Below, piece by piece: positions 48,214 through 57,022 of a stretch of DNA of 64,000 bases. The notes beneath the pieces are model-generated. The model was not told the DNA's origin. It saw nothing but the letters and a program-made list of their open reading frames with translations, and did not search any database. Source of the stretch: Candidatus Eiseniibacteriota bacterium (GTDB taxonomy: Bacteria; Eisenbacteria; RBG-16-71-46). Every line of letters starts with the position of its first letter. Position 1 is the first letter of the stretch. The position numbers and the translations under genes were made by a program. The stretch covers positions 576,001-640,000 of the forward strand of contig CAVUWA010000002.1 in the NCBI GenBank assembly GCA_963744995.1, in the 5' to 3' direction.

Positions 48214-50871
48214 CTATTGCGGTTCCAGCGCGGACCGCCAGTGGAGGACCACCGTGTAGGGGTGCAGATCGTCCGTCGAGCCGGTTTCGATCGACGCGTA
48301 TACGCGGTCGAAGTCGGGACCGGCGGCAGCCGACACGATGTGCTGCACGTCCTCCGTCACCGGGTTCTGGAACAGTCCCACCGGGTGCTCCGTGCGTACG
48401 CCGTCGTCGAACCGCACGTCCATGATGACGGCCCCGCGCGTCACGCGAAGCAGCAGGCGTCGCCCGTCGCGGCTCCACCATGCTTCCTTCCCCCCGTTCG
48501 GCGAGACCAGATAGCGCGTCCCGGGATCGGGAAACGACTGGACGTAGACCTCGTCGCGCCCCGACTGGTTCGAGGTGTACGCCACCCACTTCCCATCGGG
48601 CGAGAAGCTCGGCCCGTGCTCGTCGAACGGGGTCGCGATGTAACGTCTTGCCTCGCGGCCATCGACCGGGAAGTCCCACAGATCCCAGCCGGTCGTGTCG
48701 TTCAACAGGTAACCGATCAGATCCCGGCCGTCCGGGGACCATGACGACACGTACTTGAAACTCGCCTCCGGCGTGGGCAGGACGCGCGATGTCCCGCCGG
48801 CGACGGATTGCACGACGATCTCCCGGCGCCCGCGGTCCGAGGTGCTGTAGGCGATCTGCGAGCCGTCCGGAGACCACACGGGGTAGAAAGGGACCTGGGC
48901 TCCCGACGTGAGCCGCTGCACGCCGGGGCGGTCGAGCCAGAAGCTCCACAGATCCGCTTCCGTCGAAGTTCTCTGCACGGCCGCCAGCTTCGTCCCGTCC
49001 CGCGAAATGGAGAGCATGTCATAACGCCCTTCGGGGACCGGGATGGTCCTGATCCGGTGTCCCGCGCGATCGAGCTCGACCACCGCGGTGTTGACCAGGT
49101 CGTTCACCTGGTAGGCCAGCGCGCCGGTCCTGGAGACCAGCAGCGATGGTGCGCCCATATAGACGGTCCCTCCGGGCGCGTCGACGAGCGACATGACGGG
49201 CCCTTCCAGCCTCCGCTTTCCGGGGTCGAAACGCCGGGCCAGGACGCCACCGCCGTTCGTGTACAGCAGCCATCCGGGCTCGGCGTAGCGCGGCGTACCG
49301 TCGCAACGCATCAACCGCTCGCGCGTGTCGTCCTCCGTGGAGCCGATGGAACTGTCGAGACCCTGTCCCCGTCCCGGCACCGACACGTAGATGAAGTGAA
49401 TCCCGTCCGGCAGGAACTCTGGAAAGCGATGCGCCGTCTCGGTCGAGTCGAGGGTCGTCACCTTCCTGGCCGTTCCGCCCTCTGCGCTCACCGCGAGCAG
49501 CGGCCCGGCGCCGCCGGGTGCGAAGACGATGACGCCGCGGCTGCCCCAGCTCAGGCCGCGCCCGCTGTTGCTGACGGCGGCCAGCATGCGTGGCGCCCCG
49601 CCGCGCAGATCGAGGCGCATGAGTTTGTCCTGGGTCGTGTAGGCGATGGAGCGACCATCGGGCGCCCAGGCGGACATCGCCGCGCCCTCCGTGCCCTCCA
49701 GCCGATGCGGCGCGGGGTCGCCGAGGGAGCGAATCCACAGACCGGGCGGCTGGTTCGGCGCGGCGCACGCGAACGCGATGGTACGGCCGTCGGGGGACAG
49801 GCTGGCATTCACGGGTTCTTTGCTGAAGGCGATGCCCGGTGGTGGCATCACCGAGAGGCGGATCGCCGCAGGTCTTGCGGTGGGCCTCGCCAGCAGGAGT
49901 CCGGCGAGCACGGCGCAGGTCACCGCCAGCGCGCCGGTCAGCGACCACCAGACGAATCTGCGACCCCTCGTGTGCTGCGGTGTCGTCGGGGCCGTCCAGT
50001 GGAGCCCCGAGATCGGCTCATGGGGGGCATCGAGTGCCAGGCGGGCTTCGCCGATGTCGCGGAGCCGCTTCTTCGGATCCTTCTCGAAACAGCGCTCGAG
50101 CAGCGCCTGCACCCTGGGCGGCGTGTCCGCCGGCAGCGCCTTCCAGTCCGGCGAGCCCTGCAGTATCTGCGCGATCAGGTCCGACGCCGTTTCGCCCTCG
50201 AATGCGCGCCGGGCCGTCAGGCACTCGTACAGCACGCAGCCGAACGACCAGATGTCGGTGCGCCGGTCGAGCGGTTTCCCGCGCGCCTGCTCCGGGCTCA
50301 TGTAGGCCGCGGTGCCGAGGATGATTCCGGATCCGGTGGCGGTCACCGCCACCGTCGGCGACTGGCTCATGTCGCTCGCCGATCCCGAGTTCGCAGCGGC
50401 GGCCCCTTTCGCGAGCCCGAAGTCGAGCACCTTCACCTCGCCTGCAGGCGTGATCTTCACGTTCCCGGGCTTGAGGTCACGGTGGATGATTCCCGATTCG
50501 TGCGCCGCCTCCAGCGCCGCGGCGATCTGCCGGCACACGTCGGCCACGTCGTCCACGGGCAGCGGGCCGCGCGCGATGCGCTCGGCAAGCGTCTCGCCCG
50601 GTACGTATTCGAGCACCAGGTAGCGCTGGCCGTCCTGCTCCTCGAGCCCGTGGATGCCGGCGATGTTGGGGTGCGAGAGCGAGGCGAGCAGGCGTGCCTC
50701 GCGTTCGAAGCGCTGCACCCGCTCCGGGTCGCGCGCGAACAGCTCCGGCAGCATCTTGATCGCGACTTCCCGGCCGAGACGCGGGTCGCGGCCGAGGTAG
50801 ACGACCCCCATGCCCCCGCGCCCGACCTCGCGCTCGACCGTGTAGGGACCGATGCGGGAAGGGGCGCTCAT
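48214..50871 (-). CDS. Hanks-type Ser/Thr protein kinase with TM helix and TolB/PD40-like repeats (tandem paralog)
   Basis: Same architecture and same length (885 aa) as 45456-48113; all catalytic motifs intact. Confidence 0.95.
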   Translation of the reverse strand: MSAPSRIGPYTVEREVGRGGMGVVYLGRDPRLGREVAIKMLPELFARDPERVQRFEREARLLASLSHPNIAGIHGLEEQDGQRYLVLEYVPGETLAERIARGPLPVDDVADVCRQIAAALEAAHESGIIHRDLKPGNVKITPAGEVKVLDFGLAKGAAAANSGSASDMSQSPTVAVTATGSGIILGTAAYMSPEQARGKPLDRRTDIWSFGCVLYECLTARRAFEGETASDLIAQILQGSPDWKALPADTPPRVQALLERCFEKDPKKRLRDIGEARLALDAPHEPISGLHWTAPTTPQHTRGRRFVWWSLTGALAVTCAVLAGLLLARPTARPAAIRLSVMPPPGIAFSKEPVNASLSPDGRTIAFACAAPNQPPGLWIRSLGDPAPHRLEGTEGAAMSAWAPDGRSIAYTTQDKLMRLDLRGGAPRMLAAVSNSGRGLSWGSRGVIVFAPGGAGPLLAVSAEGGTARKVTTLDSTETAHRFPEFLPDGIHFIYVSVPGRGQGLDSSIGSTEDDTRERLMRCDGTPRYAEPGWLLYTNGGGVLARRFDPGKRRLEGPVMSLVDAPGGTVYMGAPSLLVSRTGALAYQVNDLVNTAVVELDRAGHRIRTIPVPEGRYDMLSISRDGTKLAAVQRTSTEADLWSFWLDRPGVQRLTSGAQVPFYPVWSPDGSQIAYSTSDRGRREIVVQSVAGGTSRVLPTPEASFKYVSSWSPDGRDLIGYLLNDTTGWDLWDFPVDGREARRYIATPFDEHGPSFSPDGKWVAYTSNQSGRDEVYVQSFPDPGTRYLVSPNGGKEAWWSRDGRRLLLRVTRGAVIMDVRFDDGVRTEHPVGLFQNPVTEDVQHIVSAAAGPDFDRVYASIETGSTDDLHPYTVVLHWRSALEPQ

Positions 50872-50912
50872 GAAGGGGATGCCGGGGCGAACGGGCGCCG
50901 GGAGCGAAGCAT
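50868..50912 (-). CDS. Putative leaderless 14-aa upstream ORF (MLRSRRPFAPASPS)
   Basis: ATG 7 nt after TAGGAT; TGA overlaps the kinase ATG (ATGA). Confidence 0.5.
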   Translation of the reverse strand: MLRSRRPFAPASPS

Positions 50913-50933
50913 GCGCGGCATCCTACCGCAGAT
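50905..50933 (-). repeat. 29-bp exact direct repeat (promoter block), copy 2
   Basis: Identical to 48147-48175. Confidence 0.9.
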
Positions 50934-51033
50934 GCCCGGGCGTGGTAACGTCCGCGCCCGCGCCGGAATCCCCGGCCGCCGCGGGCGGATCCGCTGCGCT
51001 GCAGGAGTCGTTCGTTTGGGAGAGGAAGCTGCG

Positions 51034-51417
51034 ATGAGCACTGAGCAGAAACCCGTCATGGGCCGCATCGGATGGATCGATCTCACGGTGGACGACGCCG
51101 CCCGGGTGCGCGACTTCTACGCGCGCGTGACGGGCTGGACGCCCGAGGCCGCGGACATGGGCGACTACAGCGATTTCAGCATGCTCGATGCCGCGGGCGA
51201 CCCGGCGGCCGGCGTGTGCCATGCGCGCGGCGCGAACGCCGACCAGCCGCCGCAGTGGATGATCTACGTCTACGTGGCGGACCTCGATGCGAGCCTCGCC
51301 GCGTGCCGGGCCGCCGGCGGCGAGGTCGTCGCCGGGCCGAAGTCGCACGGCGCCGCGCGGTTCGCGGTGATCCGCGATCCCGCGGGCGCCGTGGCCGGGC
51401 TCTACCAGGCGGGGTGA
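51034..51417 (+). CDS. VOC/glyoxalase family protein
   Basis: GRIGWIDLTV, GVCHARG, WMIYVYVADLD, IRDPAGA. Confidence 0.92.
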   Translation: MSTEQKPVMGRIGWIDLTVDDAARVRDFYARVTGWTPEAADMGDYSDFSMLDAAGDPAAGVCHARGANADQPPQWMIYVYVADLDASLAACRAAGGEVVAGPKSHGAARFAVIRDPAGAVAGLYQAG

Positions 51418-51424
51418 AAGGGCG

Positions 51425-51955
51425 TCAGCCCTTCAGGTAGTCGCGCCCGAGCCCGTTCAGGTGGTGGCGCTCGTGACCGGCGATGATCCAGATCAGCGCG
51501 CGCGCGGTGCAGCGATAACCGCTGGCGGTGCCCTCGCGCCGCAGCGCGTCGTCGTCGAAGCTCGCGAACATTTCGACGTTGGCCGCGCGCAGGTGACGGT
51601 ACTCGGTGAGCAGGCTCGCGAGCGTGCGCCGGTCGGCGTTCGCCACCTTGACGTAGTCGTCCTGTTCGAAGCCGGGCAGCGGCGTGCGGTCGGCGCGCGC
51701 GATGCGCAGCGCGCGGTAGGCGAATACCCGCTCGCCCTCGATCATGTGGCTCACCACTTCCTTGATGCTCCACTTGCCCGGGGCGTAGCGGTGCAGCGCC
51801 TGCGCGTCGTCGAGCTTGCCGAGCAGGGCTTCCAGCTCGCCGGGGCCCGCCCGCAGCAGGTCGAGCACGTCGCCCTCCGGAAGCTGGGAAATGTACCGGC
51901 CGTAATACTCCGCGTATTCCGAAGGCGCGGGTCGATCGAGTGCCGTCGTGCTCAT
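51425..51955 (-). CDS. DinB family protein
   Basis: YAPGKWSIKEVVSH, ERVFAYRAL, GHERHH. Confidence 0.92.
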   Translation of the reverse strand: MSTTALDRPAPSEYAEYYGRYISQLPEGDVLDLLRAGPGELEALLGKLDDAQALHRYAPGKWSIKEVVSHMIEGERVFAYRALRIARADRTPLPGFEQDDYVKVANADRRTLASLLTEYRHLRAANVEMFASFDDDALRREGTASGYRCTARALIWIIAGHERHHLNGLGRDYLKG

Positions 51956-52003
51956 GTCGTTCTCCCTCCGCGCCGGACCGGGTCCGGCGCGTCCGACCGC
52001 GCG

Positions 52004-53260
52004 TCAGCCCTGCGCGGCATCCGTCGCGAAGCGCGCCTCGACGTACTCGTCGAGGATGCGCGTGAAGTCCTCGGCGATGCGCTCGCCCTTGAGCGTGACC
52101 TTGAGCCGGCCGTCCACGTACACGGGCGCGCTCGGACTCTCACCGGTGCCGGGCAGCGAGATGCCGATGTGCGCGTGCTTGCTCTCGCCCGGACCGTTGA
52201 CGACGCAGCCCATGACCGCGACGCGCAGTTCTTCGACGCCCGGATAGAGCGGGCGCCAGTGCGCGATCCGCCGCTGGATGTGGGCCGTGACGTCGGCGGC
52301 GAGCTCCTGAAAGAACACACTGGTCGTGCGCCCGCAGCCCGGGCACGAGGTCACCTGCGGCGTGAAGTGGCGGATGCCGAGGGACTGTAGGATCTGCTGG
52401 CAGACGCGCACCTCTTCGGCACGGTCGCCGCCGGGAGCGGGGGTGAGGCTCGTGCGGATCGTGTCACCGATGCCCTCGTAGAGCAGGATCGAAAGCCCGG
52501 CGGTGGTCGCGACGATACCCTTGGTGCCGATCCCGGCCTCGGTGAGCCCCAGATGCAGCGGATAGTCGCAGCGCGCCGCGAGATCGCGGTAGACGTCCAC
52601 CAGATCGCGCACGTCGCTCACCTTGGCCGAGAGCACGATGCCGTCGTGCGGCTGGCCCGCCGCCTCCGCGAGCGCCGCCGAGCGCAGCGCGCTCTCGCGC
52701 ATCGCCTCGAGCACCACGAGCCGGTCTTCGCGCGGTCCCTCGCGGCGTGCGTTCTCGTCCATCAGCTGCGTCAGCAGGGCGCGATCGAGCGATCCCCAAT
52801 TGACACCGATGCGCACCGGCTTGCCGTGGTCGACCGCGACCTCGATCATCCGGCGGAAGTTGTCGTCGTGCTTCTCGCCGACGCCGACGTTGCCCGGATT
52901 GATGCGGTACTTGTCGAGCGCCGCCGCGCAGTCGGGAAACTCGGTGAGCAGCAGGTGGCCGTTGTAGTGGAAGTCGCCCACCAGCGGCGCGGCGACGCCC
53001 AGGTCGTCGATGCGGCGGCGGATCTCCGGCACGGCGGCCGCGGCCGCGCGGGTGTTCACGGTGATTCGCACCAGTTCCGAGCCGGCCTCGGCGAGCAGGC
53101 GGATCTGGTCGGCGGTGGACGCCGGGTCTTCCGTGTCGGTGTTGGTCATGGACTGCACCGCGACCGGCTGTGCACCACCGATCGTGAGCGAGCCGATGCG
53201 GCACTCCACGCTCCTGCGGGCGCGCGCGAAGGAGTCCTGACCGATCCGGACGAGAGGCAT
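52004..53260 (-). CDS. ispG: (E)-4-hydroxy-3-methylbut-2-enyl-diphosphate synthase
   Basis: [41 protein letters not shown]; start moved to ATG 53260. Confidence 0.97.
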   Translation of the reverse strand: MPLVRIGQDSFARARRSVECRIGSLTIGGAQPVAVQSMTNTDTEDPASTADQIRLLAEAGSELVRITVNTRAAAAAVPEIRRRIDDLGVAAPLVGDFHYNGHLLLTEFPDCAAALDKYRINPGNVGVGEKHDDNFRRMIEVAVDHGKPVRIGVNWGSLDRALLTQLMDENARREGPREDRLVVLEAMRESALRSAALAEAAGQPHDGIVLSAKVSDVRDLVDVYRDLAARCDYPLHLGLTEAGIGTKGIVATTAGLSILLYEGIGDTIRTSLTPAPGGDRAEEVRVCQQILQSLGIRHFTPQVTSCPGCGRTTSVFFQELAADVTAHIQRRIAHWRPLYPGVEELRVAVMGCVVNGPGESKHAHIGISLPGTGESPSAPVYVDGRLKVTLKGERIAEDFTRILDEYVEARFATDAAQG

Positions 53261-53480
53261 GCGGCGAGGATACGCGGGCGCTCGGAATGCGGTCAAAAGC
53301 ACCGCCGGCCGTATGGTCGCGGGCCCGGGCCGAAGCGGATGCGCACGCCGCCGCGCCGGCATCCGGGCGCCCCGCAGACGGTTCGAGCGCGGACGCCACG
53401 CCGCGAACGCGCCCCTCCGCGCCATCCGGCCCGCCCCGGCGCGGTTGCAGCCGCTGCGCGAGCGGGATTAGCGTCCGCGC

Positions 53481-54305
53481 ATGAATCCCTCCGCCCGCTA
53501 CATCCACGGCACGACGGCCGCCGAGCAGGACCGGCTCTCGAAGCTCAACGATCTGCTCAATGCCGAATGCCTGCGCGAGATCGCGCTCACGGGCGGCGAG
53601 CGCATCGTCGACTTCGGCTGCGGGATCGGCCAGCTCACGCGCGCGCTCGCGCGCACCGCCGGGTGCACCGCGGTGGGCATCGAGTTCAATGCCGAGCAGC
53701 TCGAAAAGGGCCGTCGCCAGGCGGAACACGCGGGGGAGAGCCGGTGGGTGGACTTTCGCAGGGGCGACGTCACGCACCCGCCGCTCGCCGACGACGAATG
53801 GGGCACGTTCGACCTCGCGCACGCACGTTTCATCCTCGAGCACGTGCCCGAGCCGCTCACCGTCGTGCGCCAGATGGTGCGTGCCGTGCGCCCGGGCGGA
53901 CGCATCGTGCTGGCCGACGACGACCACGACGTCCTGCGGCTCTGGCCCGAGCCACCCGGCCTCGTCGCGGTGTGGAATGCCTACGTCCGCACCTACGACC
54001 GGCTCGGCAACGATCCCTACGTCGGGCGGCGGCTGGTGTCGCTGCTGCACCTGGCCGGAGCCATGCCGGTGCGTACCGCGCAGATCTACTTCGGCAGCTG
54101 CAGCGGCAACGCGTCGTTCCCGGACTACGTCGGGAACCTGGCGCGCGTGCTCGAAGGCGCTCGCGACGCCATTCTCGAAACGCACGCCGTGGAGATCGGC
54201 GCGTTCGATGACGCCATGGCGGCGTTGCGCGAGTGGGGCGGGCGGCCCGATGCGGCGATCTGGTTCTCGATGCCGCTCGCCGAGGGGGTGAAGGCCGGGG
54301 GCTGA
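53481..54305 (+). CDS. Class I SAM-dependent methyltransferase
   Basis: YIHG N-terminus, IVDFGCGIG, FDLAHARFILEH, VRPGG. Confidence 0.92.
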   Translation: MNPSARYIHGTTAAEQDRLSKLNDLLNAECLREIALTGGERIVDFGCGIGQLTRALARTAGCTAVGIEFNAEQLEKGRRQAEHAGESRWVDFRRGDVTHPPLADDEWGTFDLAHARFILEHVPEPLTVVRQMVRAVRPGGRIVLADDDHDVLRLWPEPPGLVAVWNAYVRTYDRLGNDPYVGRRLVSLLHLAGAMPVRTAQIYFGSCSGNASFPDYVGNLARVLEGARDAILETHAVEIGAFDDAMAALREWGGRPDAAIWFSMPLAEGVKAGG

Positions 54306-54438
54306 GCGCGCGCGTCGCCCCGCCGGGTCGCGCCGCCGCGCCGCGTCCGCCATCCCGAACGGATCCCGCTCACGCCGGGCGCCGCCGGGTACCCTGCCGG
54401 AAATCCAACTCCAACAGCAGGATCCGCACGCGCTCCTC

Positions 54439-54466
54439 TCAAGGCCCCGGCCCCGGTGGCCGATGA
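54439..54466 (+). promoter_or_regulatory. Putative sigma-28-type promoter
   Basis: TCAAG-N15-GCCGATGA, ending 7 nt before ATG 54474. Confidence 0.6.
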
Positions 54467-54473
54467 AGCAGGA

Positions 54474-55475
54474 ATGCCGAACCCCGAAGAACAGGCGCCG
54501 GCCGCGGCGCTGCGCACCGAGCTGCTGGCGATCCGCGACGCCCTCGCGCGCGCGCTCGATCCCGCGACCGGCGACGTCGCGCCGCGCAAGGTCGCGCTGC
54601 TGCGCCAGGCGCTCACCTCGTGCCACCGGATCGCCGTGGCGCTCGAGCTCGAGGTCGAAGACGGCGCGCCGGCGCCGGAGACGGCGAAGGACGCCCGCGA
54701 CTTCATTCTCGCCGGGCGCCAGGCCGCGCGCGTCGGCCACCATCCGGTGTCCATGCTCATGCTGCGTCCGCTCGCGGGCGCGTCGCCGGCGCCGGCGCTC
54801 GAGGTGCTGCTGGACGTCGCGCGGCGGCAGCTACGCGCGGTCGGCGACCTCGCGCGGCTGCTCGAGGGCGAGCACGTCATCGCGATCACGCTCGACAGCG
54901 ACCGGCCAGGCGGGCTCGCGGCGCTGCGCCGCATCGCGCGCGCCGCCGCCGAGCGCGATGTGAACCTGTCCGCGTTCGAGTACTCGCTCACCGAACTCGA
55001 TCACGCCGCACCGGGCGAGGGCATCGTGCGCCGCGTGGGCGAGGGTTTTCGTCCGCTGTCGGCCGATCCCGAACGCACGTCGCCCAGGCGGGTGCTGGCG
55101 CTCGACGACAATCCTTCTGTGCTCGCCGTGATCGTCGAGCAGCTCGAGGGCTGCGGCCTCGAGCTGGAGGTCGAATCCACGACCTCGGGCTACGAGGCCT
55201 GCATCCGCTTCGGTGAGTTCGAGCCGGATCTGGTCGTGCTCGACATCCGCATGCCCGAGATCGACGGCCGCGACGCGCTGTCCACGATGAAGCGCTCGGC
55301 CGGAGGGCGTGACGTGAAGTTCGTCGTCGCCTCGGCGATGCCCGAATTGTTCGAAGACATGCGCCGGCGCGGCTGCGATGCATGTCTGCAGAAGCCGTTC
55401 GACCTGGACGAGCTCACCGAGACCGTGCGGACGCTGCTCGACGGCGGCGCAGCCGCAGCGCCGCGCGCCGCCTGA
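54474..55475 (+). CDS. Response regulator: degenerate GGDEF-like N-terminal region plus C-terminal receiver
   Basis: REC motifs VLALDDN, VLDIRMP, LQKPF; N-terminal pattern resembles a GGDEF fold lacking the active-site motif; alternative start GTG 54456. Confidence 0.8.
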   Translation: MPNPEEQAPAAALRTELLAIRDALARALDPATGDVAPRKVALLRQALTSCHRIAVALELEVEDGAPAPETAKDARDFILAGRQAARVGHHPVSMLMLRPLAGASPAPALEVLLDVARRQLRAVGDLARLLEGEHVIAITLDSDRPGGLAALRRIARAAAERDVNLSAFEYSLTELDHAAPGEGIVRRVGEGFRPLSADPERTSPRRVLALDDNPSVLAVIVEQLEGCGLELEVESTTSGYEACIRFGEFEPDLVVLDIRMPEIDGRDALSTMKRSAGGRDVKFVVASAMPELFEDMRRRGCDACLQKPFDLDELTETVRTLLDGGAAAAPRAA

Positions 55476-55593
55476 CGGCGATTGCGTCCGCCCGCCACCC
55501 GGCGAGCTGCCGCGCGGTATCCTCCCCCGAATCGGGCATCCGCGAACGGAATGGCACCCCGCTTCCGTCTGCCGCCCTGCACCACCGCGCGTC

Positions 55594-56508
55594 TCAGCGC
55601 TGCGCGGACACCACCCAGGCGAATCCGGGCAGGCGCACCACGTCGCCGTCGCGATGGGTTTCGGCCGCCCGTACGAGCTTCCCGCGGAACCTGTGCTTCG
55701 CCTCTTCCGAGATCCGCGCCAGCAGCTCGCGCGTGCTGCCCGAGACCTCCATTACCACCTCGGCGTACTGCTCGCCGCTCTGGAACGTGAACGGCGACTG
55801 CACACCCTCCGCGCGCACGTCGCGGAATCCCGCGCGGCGCAGGAGCCGCGTCAGGCGCCGCACGTCGGCGAAGCGCAGCGCGTGCGGCTGCGACTCCGGA
55901 GCCGGCGGCGGCTCCGGGAGGTGCGGGCGCACCGCGTCGGCGACGATCTCGAAGTAGCGGTTGCGCTCGCGCGGGCCCCATACGGTGAACGCCACGCGCC
56001 CGCCGGCCACCAGCCGTCGCCGCAGCTGTACGAGGAGCCCTTCGATGTCTTCGGGAAACATGATGCCGTAGCGCGAGACGGCACGATGAAACCGCTCGTC
56101 GGGATCGAGCCGGGTGACGTCGCCGACCCGGAAGCGCACGTTGGGAACGCCGCGGGCCTTCGCCCTGCGGCGCGCCGCTTCGATCATCGGCCGGCTGAGG
56201 TCGATGCCGAGCACCGTGCCGCGCGGGGCGACGAGCGGGGCCAGCGTCAGCGCCGGATCGCCGAGGCCGCAGCCGAAATCGAGCACGCGCTGCCCCGGCG
56301 CAAGTTCGAGCGCGCGGATCAGGAACGGATCCACCGCGGCCATGGACGACGCGAGCACCGGCTCCCAGCGTTCCCAGTGGCGGCCCGCTTCGGTCCACGT
56401 GTGACGGACGCGGTCCCGCCAGGCGCTGCGGGCGGTCGGCGGTTGCGATCCGGGAGCGGGGGTGCGGCGCGAGGTGGCGGGGGTGGAGCGGGAAGGACGG
56501 GTCTTCAC
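55594..56508 (-). CDS. Class I SAM-dependent methyltransferase (UbiE-like)
   Basis: VLDFGCGLG, GIDLS, SRYGIMF; GTG start after GGAG, overlapping the upstream stop (GTGA). Confidence 0.9.
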   Translation of the reverse strand: MKTRPSRSTPATSRRTPAPGSQPPTARSAWRDRVRHTWTEAGRHWERWEPVLASSMAAVDPFLIRALELAPGQRVLDFGCGLGDPALTLAPLVAPRGTVLGIDLSRPMIEAARRRAKARGVPNVRFRVGDVTRLDPDERFHRAVSRYGIMFPEDIEGLLVQLRRRLVAGGRVAFTVWGPRERNRYFEIVADAVRPHLPEPPPAPESQPHALRFADVRRLTRLLRRAGFRDVRAEGVQSPFTFQSGEQYAEVVMEVSGSTRELLARISEEAKHRFRGKLVRAAETHRDGDVVRLPGFAWVVSAQR

Positions 56509-57014
56509 GTCAGGGTCTCCATGGGCCAGCGGAATCGTTCCAGCACGGCGGCACGCAGGGCGGCGAGCGTGGCACGCTGCGTATCGTCGGGATGCGGACC
56601 GAATTGTTTCAGACGGGAGAGGAGCACGTAGAGGATGCGCAGCTGGATCAGCGTGTCGAGGTGCGGCAGCAGCCGGGCGTCGATTGGCCGCACGCTGCGG
56701 TAGCCCTCGAAGAGCCACACCCCGCAACGCCCGCGGTCCGACCGGCGCCTGAGCACGGAGAGGGAGACGCCCCACTCCCGCACGAAGTCCGCGTTCCAGT
56801 GGGGAGAGTCCGGCGTCACGGCGATCCCCGGCGCCCGGGTGAGGACGCAGGCCGCGCAGCCGTCTTCGGTCTCGACGCTCCGGTTCGCGCGCGAGCGGAC
56901 CGGGGCGCTGGCGCGCACCGCGTTGCCCGAGGTGCCGAGGTGCTCCAGCGAGCCGGCCTCGGCGCGCCAGCGCGAAACCGCGCGCTCCGCGATGTCGAAC
57001 GGAACGTCGTACAC
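56505..57014 (-). pseudogene. Internally deleted phosphotransferase (APH/homoserine kinase II-like) remnant, still an open frame
   Basis: Retains APVRS...VET...APG...WG and EGYRSVRP segments but no HGD or DFD catalytic motifs; only 169 aa. Confidence 0.5.
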
Positions 57015-57022
57015 GTGCGCGA

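Noticed and set aside
48147..50933. 29-bp direct repeat as CRISPR repeat, att site or IS end
   Set aside because: Only two copies, each at the same position upstream of a paralog; explained by tandem duplication of promoter plus gene; no cas, integrase or transposase
45459..51033. 988-aa and 869-aa plus-strand ORFs over the tandem kinases
   Set aside because: Shadow frames; only the last 127 codons (VOC protein from 51034) look real
53261..53425. Arg/Pro-rich N-terminal extension on IspG (similar ones on Acs, thioredoxin, CPBP and DLH in the ORF track)
   Set aside because: Longest-ORF artefacts; better starts are supported by -10 or SD motifs and by where homology begins
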